Of a stretch of DNA of 64,000 nt, positions 12,621 through 26,865 are shown piece by piece; position 1 is the first letter of the stretch, and each line of letters opens with the position of its first letter. Below the pieces are notes generated by a model, which did no database searches, was not told where the DNA came from, and was given only the letters and a program-made list of their open reading frames with translations. Source of the DNA: the human T2T-CHM13v2.0 reference genome, Homo sapiens. The stretch lies in the NCBI RefSeq assembly GCF_009914755.1, contig NC_060948.1; one strand, given 5' to 3'. The translations under genes and the position numbers were made by a program.

Positions 12621-14017
12621 CTGAACAAGCAATTTTTCAATTGGCTTGCCAGGGGACCACTACCAGGGGACCTAGGAAATGGAAGAATTCATTAGAAGAA
12701 GAAGCCTATCATCAAAGAATACTGCTAGGGACTTTTAGAAAAATTAAGGGGAATTATCTAGCAAACACAGGATTAAGAGGAATGTTGGCCTCACTCTAAT
12801 CACTTCTTTCAACTGCAGTGAGAAGCTCGAGTATTTCTTCAACATAAATCTGAGTGTACCTAGTGAGATAGAAAGTATAATAAAAGCTATTGATCAGTAA
12901 TTACGCCCAATGATGTGTCACTTCTGTTTTGTTCAATGAACTTAAATTTAAGAATCCAGTTAAAATAGCTCATTTTTAGTCATACAAAAAATATGGTCTT
13001 TTATCAGGTAGCATTTACCTTGGCCTCCCATCCAACTATTGCTTCTTGCCATAGCAGAAGGAGCAGATGTTTTAGGAGGAGGACCTCCACTTCGTGAAGA
13101 TGGACCTCTTTTAATTGGAATGGCTCCCCTAGAAGAACTCGTGTTGAGATCAAGAGCGTATCCACCATCATCTGTATTTCAAACAAAATCATTTTAGTTA
13201 ACTAGCATCACTGTTTCTTGAATGGCTAAGTTTTGTTGTTTTTCTACATATTATAATGTTACAAATTCACATTTGTCTAAACTAATAAAATTAACATTTC
13301 TATATGAAATTAGTACAATTCAAGCAATAAAAGTCTGTTTAGAAAATCTAGAAGGAAACTCAAGAATTATAATATATTGGTGTGAGAGAGAGATGTGGGA
13401 AAAATGGGGAGTGAACAGGGAGCAGAAATCTATCAGTAAAATATCTAAGTATAATATACATAAAGAAAAAATATTAAAAAATGATAAATGACTGTTTATA
13501 TCATTCTATTATGAGGAAAAATTTTCAAAGCATATCAAAAAGATAAACTAAATTCCATTCAAAGAAACTCAAATATTTGCAATATCAAAAGGTGACACAT
13601 CAGGAAAATATATTATCTCTAAAATTTGTTAACATAGTATAGAATTCTTACAATTTCCTTGTGAAACACTAATTTTCAGATTAGACTATGCTAAATTTTA
13701 ATAATCTTTAAGAATTGCTTATTAAATAATATAAAAATATTTATATATCTACAAATCTGTAGATATATGCCAATTACTAGGTGGTGTTACAGGTTAGAGT
13801 ACGCACATTCTCATACATGGCAGAGTATTATTGAATCTCACCCTCAAGATCAGTGGAGACAAAATTACCATGAAGCTATGCATCGTAAAATGCAGCAAAC
13901 ACTGCAATTTCAACTTTAAAAACACATCTCCAATTAATTACACATCTGGTCATTAAAACACAAAATTAAAGATCGATTTTTGAAGGTTGGTTAATAGATA
14001 ATATGTTAACCAATAGG

Positions 14018-14318
14018 TTGATTGATTGATTGATTGATTGAGATGGACTCTTGCCCTATTGCCCAGGTGGGAGTACAATGGCATTATGTCAGCTCACTGC
14101 AGCTTCTCCCTCCCAGGTTCCAGTGATTCTCCTGCCTCAGCCTCCCGAGTAGCTAAGATTAGAAGTATGTGCCACCATGCCAAGCTAATTTTTTGTATTT
14201 TTAGGACAGACAGTTTGCACCATGGTTGCCAGGCTGGTCTGGAACTCCTGACCTCGTGGTCCACCCACCCCATACTCCCCAAGTGCTGAGATGACAGGCG
14301 TGACCCACCTCGCCCACC
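14018..14318 (-). mobile_element. Alu with (GATT)n tail
   Basis: ttgattgattgattgattgattgagatgg..ctcctgcctcagcctcccgagtagct..ctcctgacctcgtg. Confidence 0.88.
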
Positions 14319-16359
14319 CCCATCCAATATATATATATATTTTTAAATACATAGTTTGTTTTTCTTTTTTATGTAGAAATTGACCCCTCATTTCTACTGT
14401 GTAAATCACTCATAAATACCATTTTCAGTGACTCACCTTCCAGCAAGAAAGATACATACATATCTGTGAAGCAGTGGTGTTTTGTCCTTTCCAGAGTCAT
14501 AGACTTTTTTTAGAAATTAAAGTTCTACGTTTCTTAAATTGAAAATGCTTTATGGCAGGCCAATGTACAAACTCTCCATATGAAAATTACAAAGCAATAG
14601 ATTTGCATACATGTTTGCACATGTATACACAAAAAAAAACAAATATTGGAAAATCAATCCTAAGTACTGAATTACTTTTTTTCCTGTTGGAAAGTTTTAA
14701 ATATTCCATTGTATTTTGATAATACAACCGATATGAAGTTCTGGGCCCCAAAGTAGAAAACTCTATGAAGTATAATTAATATAAATGAGTTCTTCAGAAA
14801 ACCTGTTGAGTACAGGCAATCAGCATTCATAAACTCAATTCAGTTTGAAATTTGTGTTATTTCAATGCAAACTTATTACAATTTTAAAACAAATTTTAGA
14901 TATTAGTGCAATCATTCTTATAATACACCTTTAGTACTTAGAAATAATTTTGCTTCTTATCAATAAGTTAATTTTCTTATCAATAAGAAAATTACTTCTT
15001 ACCAATAAGTAAATTTCCCAAAATAAATAAAATTGGGAAATTTTGATATCTTCAAACTTATTTTCTTTCAGTCCTATGGTTCCATCTTTATATTTTAGAA
15101 CATTACCCAAGTGTCCTTCATGTGAGGGCAGCCACGGTCTTGTTCCTCCACTACTTCCTCTTGCAGATCTCAGACTTCCTGAAGGGCTTCTGTTTCTTGA
15201 AGAAGGTGGTGGTCTCCGCCTACCACCACTTGGAAAAGATGGTTTCTTTGCTTGTTCTACTTTTATTTCTTTTCCATCCAAAGACTAAAAGTATTAAGAG
15301 TACTATCAATAACGTTGGCAAGATTAAACCTAAGCACATTTTACAAACATTTCTACATCAACTATAGTTCAATTCTAGATATTTTCTCCCAAAGCAAATT
15401 TTTTTCCTCCTAAAATGAACACGTCTTTCACAATACCAAATTTGAGACATTTACTGAACACACGCCTTCCATTAAGGGATCAAACACAAATTCTATTATT
15501 CAAATTCCTTGAAAACTCCTCAATTATTAAAAAAAAAAAAACACCTCAAACAAAAAAGATTAACCCATCACACATTCTATGGAAGAATGTGGCATGTCTT
15601 TTTTTTACAATATATCATCCACTTCATCTTTGTATTCGCATCACTGATTTAAAAGTTTCAGTGTCCCAAGGAAACTTGTGTCATTTAAAAAAATGAGGTT
15701 ACTTATTCAAAATGATTAGTCACATTAGTCATATGAGTTGTTTCTTGTTTGATCTGCTAACACTTACGTAAAATATCCCCATATGATTTATAATTTTATA
15801 TTTACTCTAGAAACGTTTCTGTAAATGTGATCCTTGTTTGATCTCATTAAGGTTTCTTGCCTTATTCATTTCTTATTTTGCCTTAGACGTGCCCCTAAAA
15901 AATGACTCTTAATATAGTACTTCATGTTGTTTCTCAGAAATGCTTAAATGTGCTAATTAATTTCACAGTAACATTTTTCAGTATGATCTTTTCTATAGGC
16001 CAAAGTAATTTTTGAAAACAGTTCAGATAATAAATAACTCTATTTTAAAATTACATGTTTTTTGTTATTTGGGGGAAGATCTTAAATCCCTTACAAGACC
16101 TCTTGCAGCCAAATTGCCAGTTGTTCCTACCTTGAAACTTCTGCTGTTATTTCTGGGCCCAAAATATTTTCCCCAGATTTGCGCATGGCTGCTTCCTTCC
16201 CAGTGTTTCAAAGTCAGTCAAAATTCCTTAAACTGTTAATTGCCCCTGATAACTCTAAGAACCTCCTTTGTTGGCCGTCTTAACATTTATGTGCATATAA
16301 CTTCATATTTATGTTTACACAATAAAATATGTGAGATGAAGTAATTCAGAAATAACATT

Positions 16360-16700
<341 letters not shown>

Positions 16701-17103
16701 CTAGGGGGGAAAAGGAAATTATCATAGATTACTATACGTAAGTAAAAATTATCTCCACAACTACCACAAATTTACTCTGGGTTTCTACCACAGCTTAAAA
16801 TACTAATTTATAAGAGTGAATAAAAATGTACTTTCTGCTATGTGTCAGCAACTCTACTAGATGCAACAAAAATAAAAGCAACTAGGAAGCCTTAAATATG
16901 CACTGTAGACAATTTAACCATCAATAGATTAATACATGGTACAGTGAGTATAAAATATCTACGATTTGCAACGAGGAAGAAAATAGAAAATTGAAGTTGT
17001 TTTTGAAGGATGAATTGTTATTTCTGAGACATACATAGGAAAGAATAATTGTCAAAAAGTCCAAAAAATCATTTTAGGGGTACCATAAAGAGTGACAGGA
17101 GCT

Positions 17104-17165
17104 AAAAACAGATTTGGATAATGTTATAAAGCAGAAAAACAGATTTGGATAATGTTAGAAAGCAG
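17104..17165 (+). repeat. 31-bp tandem duplication (1 mismatch)
   Basis: aaaaacagatttggataatgtta(t/g)aaagcag x2. Confidence 0.93.
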
Positions 17166-18541
17166 AAAAGCTCTAAAGGGCCCAGAATGGAATGATCTTG
17201 ACTAGAATGTAAAGGAATTCAATAGTTAATAGAATTACATAAAATTTTAAAGCTTTAGTAAACACACAATCCCTAGATTTAAGACTCAATTGGACAAGAG
17301 ACCATTGGTTTGATCAAAACACGTTCTCAAACACATTGGGAAAATGAGCAATTAGGTATTCATGTTACATAAATCACTCTGGTGACAGGAAAAAAAACAT
17401 CCTTAGGAGAAAAGAGCAAGGATGGGGCAAAAAATGCCAGTTACTTCTTCTGTTGTCCAACTTCAATGTTCTGATATTGTTTTCTATTTTCAAGTACTTA
17501 ACACATCCTTAAATGTGAAGGTCTTATTTAAATGTACTTTCTCAAGAATATATTTGCAGAAAATGGGAGAGAATCTTTCCTTCCTGTGAGTCTGTCTAGA
17601 TGTCTATCCACAGTTTGTATATGCTATAGAAGTATTTCCATGAATTGGAAGTAATTCCACTGATAGCATTTAAAAAATGTTAACTTAGTCCTTTCATTTA
17701 GAGGAGGGTTCCTTCTAGGTTTTAATGCTCTTGGAAACCTTTGAAAATCTATTTACACCCATATTGAAATACAAAAATAGAAAAAAAGTTACCATATATT
17801 AATTTATGTAATGTTAATTGCAGTACCCTTCCAAATACACTTGCATGTGTATGGCACAAAGAAGACGATGGCTAAAGCATTTCAGTCCATATGGCATTCT
17901 ACTATCTTCAACACTTTAGTTATACTAAAAAGACCTAGAAATACTGTTAACTGAAAACCAGAATTAGTGTATTATTAATAAGGGACTCTTACCTTTCCAT
18001 TCATATCTCTGGCAGCATTCTTAGCATCTGCAGCATTCTCAAAAATAATGACCACAAAATCTCTGGACTTACTGGTTCGACCTTTTATCAAAAGAACTAA
18101 GATACATAAAAACATTTTATATTTATAGAATGGACTCACCAAGGTACTAACCATCTGAAAGTTACATCAAACCAAAAAATAACTGCATTTCACATCACTA
18201 CTATGATTCTTAATACTAAGTCACCCCTATAGTCAGCCTATTTTATTCCAGTTTGTTCCCTAACTCCATAACACATTTACTTTTCCTCATTTTCCTTTCT
18301 AAGCAGTAAGTGATTCTTACCCTTCACCTGCTGCTATGAGAATTTTCCAAATATCAGATAGATACTTCAAAATAAGAGTTTACAAATCACAAGGCGTTTT
18401 AATGTATGTATACAATGAACTTTGAAAAATACATACTTTAAAATACATACATAACCTACATATTTTAAATAACATATTGAAATATACATACGAAAATACA
18501 CACAAACAGAGACACGCACACACACAAAACACATGGCTTTA

Positions 18542-18688
<147 letters not shown>

Positions 18689-19014
18689 TTAGATAAAAAT
18701 AGACAAACTAAAAAGATAAAATTTTATTACATACTGTGTTGGAAATTCAAGTAAAAGTCCCTTCCAGAGGCTAACATCTTTTTAGTATTTCTTAGTTTAA
18801 ATATGTAAAATTCATAACATACAGAGCAAAAGGGGCACTGACTTCATGGACAAATGCTGCATTTTATTATGTAGGTGACAAAATCTAATTTATAAAAATT
18901 AGATAAGAAAAGCTACTGTAATTTTCCTAAGTTGCAATATGAAGGATGCTCCCAGTTAAATAATTTTATTTGAAAACTATATATTTATGAGGTATGGTGT
19001 GATGTTTTGTGTAT

Positions 19015-19292
19015 TTTTTTTTCTTGAGATGTATATCTCCTGTTGCTAAAGTGCACTGCTCACTACAGCCTCCTCCACCCAGACTCAACTGATCCTCCCA
19101 CGCTTCAGCTTCCCAAGTAGCTGGCTGGGCAATTTTTGTGTGTGTGTGTTTTTTTTGTTTGTTTGTTTGTTTTTAAATAGACATGGTTTTCCTTATATTG
19201 CCCAAACTGGTCTCCAACTCCTGGGCTCAAGCAGTCCACTGGCCTGGGACTACCAAAGTGATGGGATTTCAAGTGTGAACCGCCACACCCAG
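19015..19292 (-). mobile_element. Old Alu (J-type); a further Alu-monomer fragment lies at ~19790-19885
   Basis: ctcactacagcctc..ctggtctccaactcctgggctcaagc..gtgtgaaccgccacacccagc. Confidence 0.75.
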
Positions 19293-20510
19293 CGTGATAT
19301 TTGTATGAAAGATTAAATCAAGCTAATTAAAATGTTCTAGGGGGAGATCATTTTAAGTATTTTAGCATCTTTTAGTGATTTGAAATATATAATAGATCAA
19401 GGATCCCCAAACACTGGCCTTCACGCCATACCTGTCTGTGGCCTGAATGTAATGCCTGAGGATAACCTGTAATACCTGTCTGTGGAGAATGTAACGCCTG
19501 AGGATGACCTGAGGTGGCACAGTTTCATCCGGAAACCTCCCTAGCCGCCTCCCACCCCTCCTGCCCCACCCTGTCCCGGTGACAGCCCCACTGCCCCACC
19601 TGCCCCCTCTCACACCTCTTCCACCAGAAGCCCCGCCCCACCACGTGCCCCTCGGGGCCCTGCCGCCAGCCCGTACCCCTAAACGTGTCCATCTCACTGC
19701 CTTCTTCCGCTGGGCAACACTTGTCTGAGGAAACATTGTCTTCCACCAACCGGTCCCTGGTGCGAAAATGGCAATAGAGTAAAGGAGCCCATTATGTTAT
19801 TCAGGCTGGTCTCCAACTCCTGACCTCAAGCCATCCTCCTACCTGCACTTCCCAAAATGCTAGGATTACAAAAGTAAGTCAGTGTGTGAAGATAGTAGAA
19901 TAACAAGCAGATTTATTTTGTTTTCGTTTAAGTCTATCCAACTCCATTTAACTCCATTACACCCACTTATTCGGTTTAAATTACTTAGGTGCCACAGATA
20001 CATGAAACATGTTTCAAATACTGTCATACAAGGAAGGAGACAATTACAGGCTTTACAGAGGCAAATTTAAACCGAGGTTATTTATGGCCCCAGACTTCTA
20101 CATACACTAAAATACGTCAAAATTTGATAATTCCCGCCAAGCAAATCACATATGTGACATGTGCTGACTAAAGTACGGGTTTTTAATCGCAGTGGTTAAG
20201 TATGTTGCCTGTATTTTGAATTATGACGACATTCACAGAGAAAAACTGCTTTAATAAAAAGTGCCCATGAAAACAATGGCGCCTTAGCACCATCTCCCAG
20301 AACTTGCCCACATGTCAGATATGTCCGACAGTTAAAGGTAGAATCTTCAAGAAAAATCAAAGAGTTTAACAAAAATGAGTTTCTTTAGAGCACTAAGGAG
20401 TTCTCTCCCCACTGTCTCCTCCCTTAATTCAAGCCCACATATAGAAAGCCCATTCGCTTTTATAGACAAAATCCCAAACCTTTGCTTTCTAGTCTTGCCG
20501 AGAGACCAAC

Positions 20511-21600
20511 CTGTCCAGAGAAACAGAAAATACAGGTGCTTTTCAGGAGGACAAACAGCCTCAGGGTCTCCCGTCACTCAGGTCGTATGCATCCGGCTTC
20601 GGGACACCACAGGGCCAACTGCAGGAAAGACCGCTGCAGCTGGCCTGAGTGGGAAGCCATGCCCGGAAATCACGCCTACCTCCAGCCAATCATTGGGAAG
20701 GCAGTGGGCATCTGCCAATTATTGCAAGAGCGGTAGGCGTCTCCTGAGGAGCCCCTCCCCTGGGTGGCCTGCAGCTCCATCCTCCCGCGGTAGTCCTCCT
20801 CTGAGAAGATGCTTGTGCAAGGTGGTGGTGGGTTCAGGCACACGCAGACTGTGAGCCCTTTGGAATTGTGACATGGAAGACCTATACCCTAACTGGCATC
20901 CTGAGTGCCGCAAGCCATTGACTCACAGGGAACACATGAAACATCTCACTTCATTAGGCAGGCTAGGCTGATGGTACTGAATATTGGAGATCCAGAGGCA
21001 AGAGAGAGGGTCTAGTCCTGCCTGCTGGGGCAAGGGCAGCGGCGGTGGTTTTCGGGGAGTGGGGCCGAGGGGGCATCTGGGAGGAAAGTCATCTGGCACC
21101 TTCCTGGGGTGGAATTCGTCAGCACCGGAATTCAAAACCCCGCAAGGACTCTTTCAGATCTAGGGAAATACAGACTCCAAGTTCCATGCATCCTCCCTAG
21201 GATGTTGCACTCCCAGGGGTATTCCAAAGGATCTCTTGTCCTATGCCCTGGGCACACCAGAGACAAGCTGCCGTGGTCGCCCATCCAATGACCTGTGTTC
21301 ACTGCCTTGGTGGCGCAGAGGCTGCTGTGAGTGCAGCACCCACCGGCCGCGGTGCCTGCTAGCGGGGCTCTGGAAGTCCAGGGCCTCTGCCTATGGCTCC
21401 TGTATGCAGCTAACCATGCAGGGAATCTGGACCTCATGGTGACTGCGGCGGACTGTGGGCCCTGCGGGACTCCCCAGGAATCCTGGGTCCACGTAGGTGT
21501 GAGACCGTGATTCTCAGCTAGGCGAGGCCCCCGGGCCTCTCGAGGAGCGGCCCCCAGAGTCTAGGGGTGCCAGGGGCGTGGGGTGGGCGGCTCAGACCTT
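20511..21600. promoter_or_regulatory. GC-rich divergent promoter region between RBMY2-type exon 1 (-) and TSPY copy 2 (+)
   Basis: Locally GC/CpG-enriched; CCAAT boxes (agccaatcattgg ~20684, gccaat ~20714); ETS-like ccggaaat ~20663; candidate exon-1 donor ctggacag|gttggt at 20510 on -. Confidence 0.6.
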
Positions 21601-23111
21601 GGTCTGTGGGAGCCCTAGGAGGGCACCGTGTTAAGTCTGGAGGCTCTGCGGGAGAGGGCGGCCTGGGGGGAAGAGGCGTGCTCCTGGTAAATGACATCAC
21701 GACAGAAGTGGAAGTGGTGGCCAAGGAAGAGGCCGACGTGGAGCAGCAGCAGGAGGACCACTGGGCAGAGCCGGGCCCTGGCCCCAGTATGCCCCGGCCC
21801 GCAACGGACTCGCTGGAGGTCCATCATTTGCAGCTGGGCTTTGTAAATGCCTCAAGCCACAGGGCATCCCCGGTTTCCGGGCCAGAGCCATGTCTTCGCA
21901 GCTGCTAATTCGGGATGGCTGGCAGCAGGGGGTGGGCGCCTAGGTCCCAGGAGCAGGGTTGCGGGGAGCCAGCTGGTAGGCACTGGAGGTCATCCAGGAG
22001 TCAGGGGATGAGGAACAATGAAGGGAGCAGAGGCCAGACTTCTGCAGATAGGAGGGCAGCTTGCTTGCAGTTGCCCTGAGAGCACGTAGAGTAGGGACAG
22101 GAAGCAAAGCACAGCACTCACAAGAGAGAATAGGAGCGCAAAGGACCCTTTATGCACTGCAGAAAGTCGAAGGGCACATTTCCCTGGGAAAGTCCCTGGA
22201 GGAAGGGGAGTCTCTATGCCCATGCCAGCCATGGAACTACCCCTATTCCCTGTGCCTGTGTCCAGCAGGCTTACCCCAGAAACACATGGTGCTCAAGACT
22301 TGGGCCCAGATATGGACCAGGGTCACAAATGATGAAGTCCTGCTGAGCTACATGATGGATTTGCAGGTTAGGCTGCTGAGCCTGAATCTGTGGGAGTGGT
22401 CCAGTGCCTGGGTGAGGTTGCGGTCCCCCTGGGGCCCAGGGGTGTCTAAGCAGGACAGCTGAGAAGGGGAAACACATGCTTCACTCCAGCTAGCAGGCCA
22501 CTTCAGTCCAGCTACATGAAATGGTCCTTTGAGTCCATCCTGTTTCTCCTTCTTGACCAGGTAGATGGAGGAACTCAGCCACCCCAGGTACTGGCATCAG
22601 GATGAAGGTTTCCTTTTGTAACAGCCTTTACTTCCACAATGAAGTGATCATTCAGGAGTACTGCGTTGGCATCCTTGGTAAGGAGTGCCTCCCAGCAAGG
22701 TAGGGGAGGTTGTGTGTGGGAGGGTATGTCTGGCATGAACCTTCCTGATTCCTATCCCTCCAAGAAACAGGGTGTCTCATTCCACTGCAGTCCAGTGGTT
22801 GTGGGATCATGAAGGTCAAGCCTCCAGCTGCAGGCAGTACACCTACATCTGACCTTCTTCAGCTGGTTGGTTGCCCCTGGCTACCCAGGTCCCGGCAGGA
22901 TTGCTGAGATGGGTGCCACGGTGGGGCATCATGGGAAAAACCTTGCTGGTCATTCCTTGGCCTCTGGGGAACTGGCTTTGAGCCATGACCTGACCTGTCC
23001 TGTACCCCCTTCTTCAGTCCCCCAGATCATCAGCCAGGGCCTGTGGCTCAATCCCCTTCAGTACTTCCCGAGGGAGGGAGGCCATTAGAGAGGGAACAGA
23101 GAGGAGGTCAG
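21590..23111 (+). pseudogene. TSPY: TSPY-family unprocessed pseudogene, copy 2 (exon 1 ~21590-21889; 5'-deleted exon 2 ~22305-22366; exons ~22561-22677, ~22765-22908, ~23026-23111)
   Basis: LLVNDITTEVEVVAKEEADVEQQQED..PGPGPSMP..LEVHHLQLGFVNA, VTNDEVLLSYMMDLQ, YFHNEVIIQEY, SHSTAVQWLWDHEG, IISQGLWLNPLQYF. Exon-1 donor GT>AT (21890-21891); ~590 bp deletion relative to copy 1 near 22300 removes the exon-2 acceptor. Confidence 0.92.
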
Positions 23112-24227
23112 GTTAGGAGAACCCAAGCTTCAGGGAAGAGACTGCAGTGAGCAATCCCAGGCCATCCATGGGCTGAAGGAGAAACGGACTTCAGGGAACT
23201 GTAACACTCACATTTCAGGATTAGGGCACCTTAAGTCACCTGAGAGGCATAAGTGTCTAAGGTCAGTGGGTGAGAAGCAAGTCTTAAGGGATAACTTGCT
23301 CAACATCTCTAGTTGGCTCCCTTCCCCACCCTGAGGCTGACTAACACTTGGGGCTCAGTTTGGGCTCAACCAGGGCCCTCTCACCCTCCATGCAGATGTC
23401 CCCCCAAGGCCTGTCTAGGTCTGCGTCCTCCCAGAATGGCTCTCCCAGGCCCATCATTTTCGGTTACGATGAACCCAGGCTCCCCTGACGTGATTTCTCC
23501 TTTCTGCCGTCTTCACTCACACTTCCCTGCTACCCAGACAAAAGAGGCCACTACACAGAGAATCTGGAGGACCACATTGGGCTCAGAGGAGGAAATGTGA
23601 AGAGACTGCAAAATGGCTGACTCCTCTGGTATGTGCCCAGGGAGGGAAACTGGCCGGGAATTAAGACCCACTTGGGTACTGGTGTGGACACCCAGTGTTG
23701 CTTATCATGATGAAGACCTGCTTTGTCGCATCACCTAATATTAATATGGAGGTTATTTTCTTAGAATAGTGAAACAAAGAGTATGAAGAAATAGTGTTTG
23801 TTCAGATTTGTGTGGAAATACTGCAGACACATCCATTTTCTGTTACAATTCTTATGTGAGACTTGAAGTGCTTACTGAGTTTTAAGATAGATTTTGATTG
23901 TTCTGCTCCTGCAAATTTTATGATCATTTTTGCAATATAGAGACATAGAATCCAGAAAATTTTTAAGTGACTTTCAGCTTCTTTTAGAGTACATACTTAT
24001 AAATTTTGATTTTTTTCCCCTTGTGGTTCTCTTCAGTATATTATTTGTACTTTATATGCAAGCTGATACATTTGTTTTTTTTAAATTTGCCTCTTGTGCC
24101 ACCTTTGTTTAAAGGACATTTTTTTCCTGTTAGATATGTGAGTTTGCCTGTGAGCTCTTTTTCTAGTACAGATTTTTTTTTCCATTTTTTTAGATTTGTG
24201 TGTGTGTGTATGTGTGTGTGTGTGTGT

Positions 24228-24511
24228 TGAGACAGAGTCTGGCTCTGTAACCCAGGCAGGAGGGAAGTGTCATGATCTCAGCTCACCTCAACTTTAGCCT
24301 CCCAGCTTCAAGCGATTCCGCTGCCTCAGCCTTCCCAAGGAGGTGTGATTACAGGCGCATGCCACCATGTCCAGCTGATTTTTGTATTTTTAGTTGACAT
24401 GAGGTTTCACCATATTTGCCATGCTGGTCTCAAACTCCTGACCTCAAGCGATCTGCTCGCCTTGGCCTCTTAAAATGCTGGGCTTACAGGTGCAAGCCAT
24501 GATGCCCGGCC
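24228..24511 (-). mobile_element. Alu preceded by (TG)n (24198-24226)
   Basis: tgagacagagtctggctctgtaacccagg..ctcctgacctcaagcgatctg..gatgcccggcc. Confidence 0.9.
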
Positions 24512-26178
24512 TCATTTGTTTGTTTATGTATTTTAACCCTTGTTGTATTGTCTTCGTGAACACGTATTTTAGAGTTATTGAAATAATATGCTTTATTTAT
24601 TTACTCAATACTTAAGTAGGATTTTAAAAGTAATGTTTTCATTCACTAAATACAGTATTGTGAATAGGTTAAACCTTGTATAGTATTGTCATTTTCTTTT
24701 TCATAAATTCTTCAAGAACTCTGATACTGTTTTTCCCCCACCTGAGGAGAATATGCAGATAGTTACAAAACATTGTGTGAGTTAGTTGGGATAAAAATAT
24801 AATTTGAAAGACTAATATTCACAAATACAATTCCACATTTGTATTTCGCATCATTTTGAAAATTTTTTTTGCTGATAAATAAAATCCTGCATTCACGTTC
24901 ATGTTAAATATGAACTTTTGAATCATTTTCAAGAATGAAAACAATCCAAGGCCATGCATTAGTTCAGGAAGTAGTAGAAAGCAGTTATTACGAAGAAAAG
25001 CCATATTTATTGAAGGTATATTTAGATAGATTTTGGAAGGCTAAGTCAAAATTTTCCTTGTTGATGCTCTGGCGTTTTATCATACTGTGACCAGACTGTG
25101 GCATCAGTAGTTATAGTCACTAGGCTACCAAAGTCCCTGGGCTGCCGTAATTATTATTGAGGAAAGTGGCAGTGTGGTTGGTTGTTTAAGGAGACTAGAG
25201 GAGTTCGGAGTTTCTACCCAAGGCACAAGGGCCTGGTTTATTGAGTGACCTTCTTTTGCTGAAGTAGATAATATCCAGGAAAAATGTGGACTCACTGTAG
25301 TAGCTAGGGCTTTGAGACTGGTGAAGCCTATTTGTCTCCAACTGCCATTGTCAGATACTGGTCTGCACATAAATGCTTTTCGTAGGCTCACTGACTCCTG
25401 TAAATTCCAACATAGAATTTGGATTTAAATCCCTATTCCAAATTATTAATCATAGATTTAATAAGTAGATATTAAAACATGTATTCAGAAGAAAAGGAGA
25501 CATCAGATAAGTGCATAATAAATCATCCTGATGAAATACCTTCAAAAATATTACTACAAAAAATCACTGAAGATTAAATGTTAAAAAGTTATTTTAATTG
25601 GGGAAATAGAAAAAGGTGAGACTCGTTTTAAACTCTGAGGTGTAAAGATACTATTATTAGAATAAGAGAATAATATAGAATGTCTGATTTGTGTGTACAG
25701 CAGCATAATAGCTATACAGTATGGCTAGAGATTGAAATCGTATGTAAGAAAACTCAGAGATTAAAAACAGATTTTTTTTAGAGACTTTGTTCTGTAATTA
25801 AAGAATTTTAAAATGGTTTCCTACTGATCAATAATTCACTTATATTTATCATTTAGGCATATGCAGTATACACCCCTTTGTATAGGAACAAAGTTATAGT
25901 TTCTATCATGTAGTAAGAAAAAAATTGATGATGTACCACAATTTCATCAGAGTTTTTGTCCTGAGTAATGAAGCAAACAATGGAACTGCCTATGTCAGGG
26001 TACAGGTGGGCACAGCTGGAAGCTTTCATCACTTGCGCCTAACATTTCTGGATTGTCATTGGTCCCTCCTAGAAAGACAAATGGACTATATCCTTAAGAA
26101 TATATGTTAAATTTAAACCCTAAGTATTAAGATAAGACTACGATTTGTCTCATCACTTCTGTCTCGTCATTACTTTAA

Positions 26179-26865
<687 letters not shown>

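Larger units (their letters stand above)
21090..24810 (+). repeat. Segmental duplication unit B, paralogous to 1-4373
   Basis: Same colinear blocks, e.g. gacacccagtgtt.cttatcatgatgaagacctgctttgtc at ~3281 and ~23687, and taaatacagtattgtgaataggttaaacct at ~4207 and ~24647. Confidence 0.92.

Noticed and set aside
14038-14409. ORFs such as [23 protein letters not shown] (also 4235-4612, 26269-26787, 34977-35340, 59508-59799)
   Set aside because: Alu-derived translations.
20375-20854. 159-aa + strand ORF over the RBMY2 promoter
   Set aside because: GC-rich antisense frame with no recognisable domain.
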